From a virus, in the IMG/VR virus record IMGVR_UViG_3300037504_000674, positions 28,753-92,752 of that record: DNA of 64,000 nt; one strand, given 5' to 3'. Shown piece after piece: positions 61,617-64,000 of the stretch (position 1 is its first letter; each line of letters begins with the position of its first letter). The notes under the pieces were generated by a model, which saw only the letters and a list, made by a program, of their open reading frames with translations, did not search any database and was not told the DNA's origin. The position numbers were made by a program, and so were the translations under genes.

Positions 61617-62287
61617 GCTTTTCCTCCTTCACACTTCACCTTCTCCAGGAAGCTCTCTGCATTCGACCTTGCTTCCTCTTTGGCCTCCCGCTCAAATTGC
61701 TGGCGGGCCTCCTCACTGCAATCAGACGGGAATGTGCATGAAAAACCCCTACCGATTGTCTTTCCGTGCAACGTCGCGCGCGCGACGATGCGCATGTAGC
61801 GCCAAGTCTTACCATAATCGCTTGCGCGTTCATAGTCCTGCGTTAAGTACAGGGCGTACACTCGCAATCCCTTTTGAGTCTCGCTTTCGGCGCCCTCTAC
61901 CTGGACTCCGTGGCGCCTGAAGTCACCACGCTCCAGGTGATGGTCAAAATACTTTGCGAGCTCGCCGATATCTCCGTAGTCGCATTGGAAATACCGGTGC
62001 TCTCTAGTGCTCATTCTTGGAAGGTAGTCTACCAGCACCTTCCGTTCCGTCCAAGATACTGCTTTCGCTCGTACCCACACATCCTTCAATTCCAGGGGTA
62101 GGTTTCCTGCAAAGTCTTCTGCCTCCTCTGCGGACGTGAATTCACGGTACTTCTCGATCTCAATGTAGATTTGTCCATTGAGTCTGTCAACAAATAGCGG
62201 GGCGTCTGGGGAGTCCGTAAACTCACCTTGCATAGCGAGGTAGCCATCCTCTGCAATTTCAGTTTCAATAGTAATAGTAATATCCAT
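61613..62287 (-). CDS. Hypothetical protein
   Basis: AGGAG RBS. Confidence 0.6.
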   Translation of the reverse strand: MDITITIETEIAEDGYLAMQGEFTDSPDAPLFVDRLNGQIYIEIEKYREFTSAEEAEDFAGNLPLELKDVWVRAKAVSWTERKVLVDYLPRMSTREHRYFQCDYGDIGELAKYFDHHLERGDFRRHGVQVEGAESETQKGLRVYALYLTQDYERASDYGKTWRYMRIVARATLHGKTIGRGFSCTFPSDCSEEARQQFEREAKEEARSNAESFLEKVKCEGGKA

Positions 62288-62455
62288 TTTTTTCTCCTAT
62301 ACTAGGGGAAGCTGATTATGCTTCCCGATACCCATGTACCAGTCTCCGTCTCGAACAAGTATTGACCATCGGCGCCGCCTATCACAAGACGATAGCCGGT
62401 CAGTACAAACGGGATTGCGCGCGGGCCAACAACAACGCGCAATCCTTTCAGCGCC

Positions 62456-63148
62456 TCAGTGAACATGCTGCAACTCCAGGCCAATGGTTTTTGGATGAAG
62501 AACCTGGAACAAGAAATCTTGCTCGGGGTTTGGGTCGAATTGGCATGAGGGGGCGTCATATGCTCCCGCCTCATACGCGGCTTTTGCGACAACCGGGAAC
62601 CTGAGTAGAGAATCCCGGTCTTCGCCTTCCAGTAGTTCTTCAACATCCACCCACATGCCACCTGACTCTTCGATGAAGTACATGTTTTTCTGCTCCATCA
62701 TTTTTCGAATTACATGGTCAAGGTAACCATCAAGAGGAATGTCTGTTTTGAAGATGTTTTGCAACTTTTCAACAAATTCTTCTTCGACCCACTCTAGTGC
62801 TTCGTTCTCCCACTCCAGGGAGACTTCGGCCCAGATTTCTTCGTCGTAAATCGGATATTCTTCAATCATCTCGATGTACTTACAGAGTACTTTCTTGTCT
62901 TCTCTCGACATGCGCGCGGGGCATACGACTAGATCAGTGTAGCCATGCGCCAAATTGCGTACACTGGCGCATGACTCGCTCAGTTCATCCTGAAGTGCGC
63001 GTCTGTTCGATCCTTCTAAGGTGCCCCCCACATAGTCCCCGTTTCCCGTTAGGGGGACAGCGAACCATGCTTCGAGGCCCTTCCCGCCATGCCGGAAGGC
63101 GTTAAACCGAACCAACGTGCCGTATTTGTCTTCTACCAGCTTTTCCAT
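62456..63148 (-). CDS. Hypothetical acidic protein
   Basis: GAGGAG RBS; YPIYDEE.W.EV. Confidence 0.6.
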   Translation of the reverse strand: MEKLVEDKYGTLVRFNAFRHGGKGLEAWFAVPLTGNGDYVGGTLEGSNRRALQDELSESCASVRNLAHGYTDLVVCPARMSREDKKVLCKYIEMIEEYPIYDEEIWAEVSLEWENEALEWVEEEFVEKLQNIFKTDIPLDGYLDHVIRKMMEQKNMYFIEESGGMWVDVEELLEGEDRDSLLRFPVVAKAAYEAGAYDAPSCQFDPNPEQDFLFQVLHPKTIGLELQHVH

Positions 63149-63349
63149 TTTTCACTCCTCTTAGACTAGTTTACAGGTTTTGGACACATTGCCATGCACA
63201 TGCGGGCCCGTTTGGCGGGCAAACCATGGCGGCCCTTACTCATTCATATCTCTATGAACTAGCACCTTCCCGATGCCCTGGGATATTGCCCTTGGCGCAA
63301 CATATGCACGCCAATGTGGCCAAAAACTACTTGACCACATTCACAATTG

Positions 63350-63727
63350 CTATACTTCTTCACTGAGCATCTGTGAGATTCCTGACTCAACACGCTCCAT
63401 GATATTCATCATTTCATCCTCTTCGGTACAATGTGAATACCATTTTTTAACGATGGACTCAAATCCTCCATCGAGGCACAATCGCGCCTCGAAGAGGAAG
63501 TACACCCAGCCGCTCTCCGTGCGGAACGGAACACGGAGGAATATGCTGGCATTATCGCTCGCATGCAGTATCAGCGTCGGATTGGCATCAAAGCCTATCC
63601 CGGCCGGTGCGCTATGCTGAACAATCTCATTGATTTTGTCTTCACACAACTTTGCATAAATCGTATTTGCGTCTCTGTATTGTTTGTATGCAATTATCAG
63701 AGATGCAAGCTTTTCATAAACTTTCAT
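63350..63727 (-). CDS. Hypothetical protein
   Basis: AGGAGG RBS. Confidence 0.55.
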   Translation of the reverse strand: MKVYEKLASLIIAYKQYRDANTIYAKLCEDKINEIVQHSAPAGIGFDANPTLILHASDNASIFLRVPFRTESGWVYFLFEARLCLDGGFESIVKKWYSHCTEEDEMMNIMERVESGISQMLSEEV

Positions 63728-64000
63728 TTTTCCCTCCTAGAATAGGTTTGCTTTTGAGCACATTGAACTGTACATTGTGTATTGAATGTACAGTTCAATG
63801 TGACCAAAAACTTCTTGGCCACACTCCAAACTGTTACACTGAGGTATCGCGCAATCTATCAAGCACGATATCGTGAAAGTCAAGGAGTTCTTCTTCGCTG
63901 TCGCGCACGTCCAGATACTTTTGCAGGAAGCAGGCGGCCCTATGGGCCAACTCCTGCTTCCATAGATATTGAGAAAGACGGACCGCCTCCTCAATCGAAG

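Larger units (their letters stand above)
1..64000. mobile_element. Tailed dsDNA bacteriophage genome segment (siphovirus-like, tRNA-rich); ends not visible
   Basis: Ordered terminase-portal-protease-capsid-neck-tail tube-chaperone-tape measure-tail tip genes on +; replication genes, tRNA array and dense small ORFs on -; no sheath gene recognised; no host housekeeping genes. Confidence 0.95.

Noticed and set aside
63312-63840. Degenerate ~45-bp repeat (about 63312-63356 and 63796-63840) as promoter or RNA element
   Set aside because: The TTGACC-TATACT spacer is only 14 nt; better explained by small paralogous ORF segments (ECGQ.VFGHI); the window edge limits assessment
1-64000. CRISPR array, diversity-generating retroelement, retron, integrase/att sites
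   Set aside because: No regularly spaced repeats, no reverse transcriptase or recombinase motifs recognised; the 55-bp repeat has one mismatch, not an adenine-specific pattern

Overview
The whole window reads as most of a tailed dsDNA (siphovirus-like) phage genome. No integrase, repressor, CRISPR array, reverse transcriptase or host housekeeping genes are visible. The host is not determinable from sequence alone; one glycoside-hydrolase-like gene recalls a Chloroflexota family, which is only a hint. Layout: (i) + strand late arm, ~0.6-30.9 kb: terminase, portal, ChaB/protease/scaffold fusion, capsid, neck, four glycosyltransferases, tail tube, frameshifted chaperones, tape measure, distal tail, hub and a 1651-aa fibre; (ii) - strand replication module, 31-37.7 kb: divergent beta-clamp, Rad52/Sak-like annealase, DnaB-like helicase, primase, initiator; (iii) a radical SAM/SPASM gene flanked by four otherwise unrelated proteins sharing an N-terminal (H/F)VTNSSS motif; (iv) a - strand RNA island, 43.2-49.3 kb: 28 tRNAs (plus one at 52.9 kb, together covering all 20 amino acids), a 124-nt miniature tmRNA, a kissing-loop tRNA-like RNA, two HNH genes and a sulfotransferase; (v) a - strand early arm of small hypothetical genes with four copies of a covarying pseudoknot RNA element. 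Two promoter classes were read directly: TTGACA-N16-TAnnnT and a late TTAAGGTTG-N20-TAnnnT. The best candidates for undescribed systems are the mini-tmRNA, the rSAM + VTNSSS module and the repeated pseudoknot RNA. All functional calls come from motif recognition by eye; no database searches were run.
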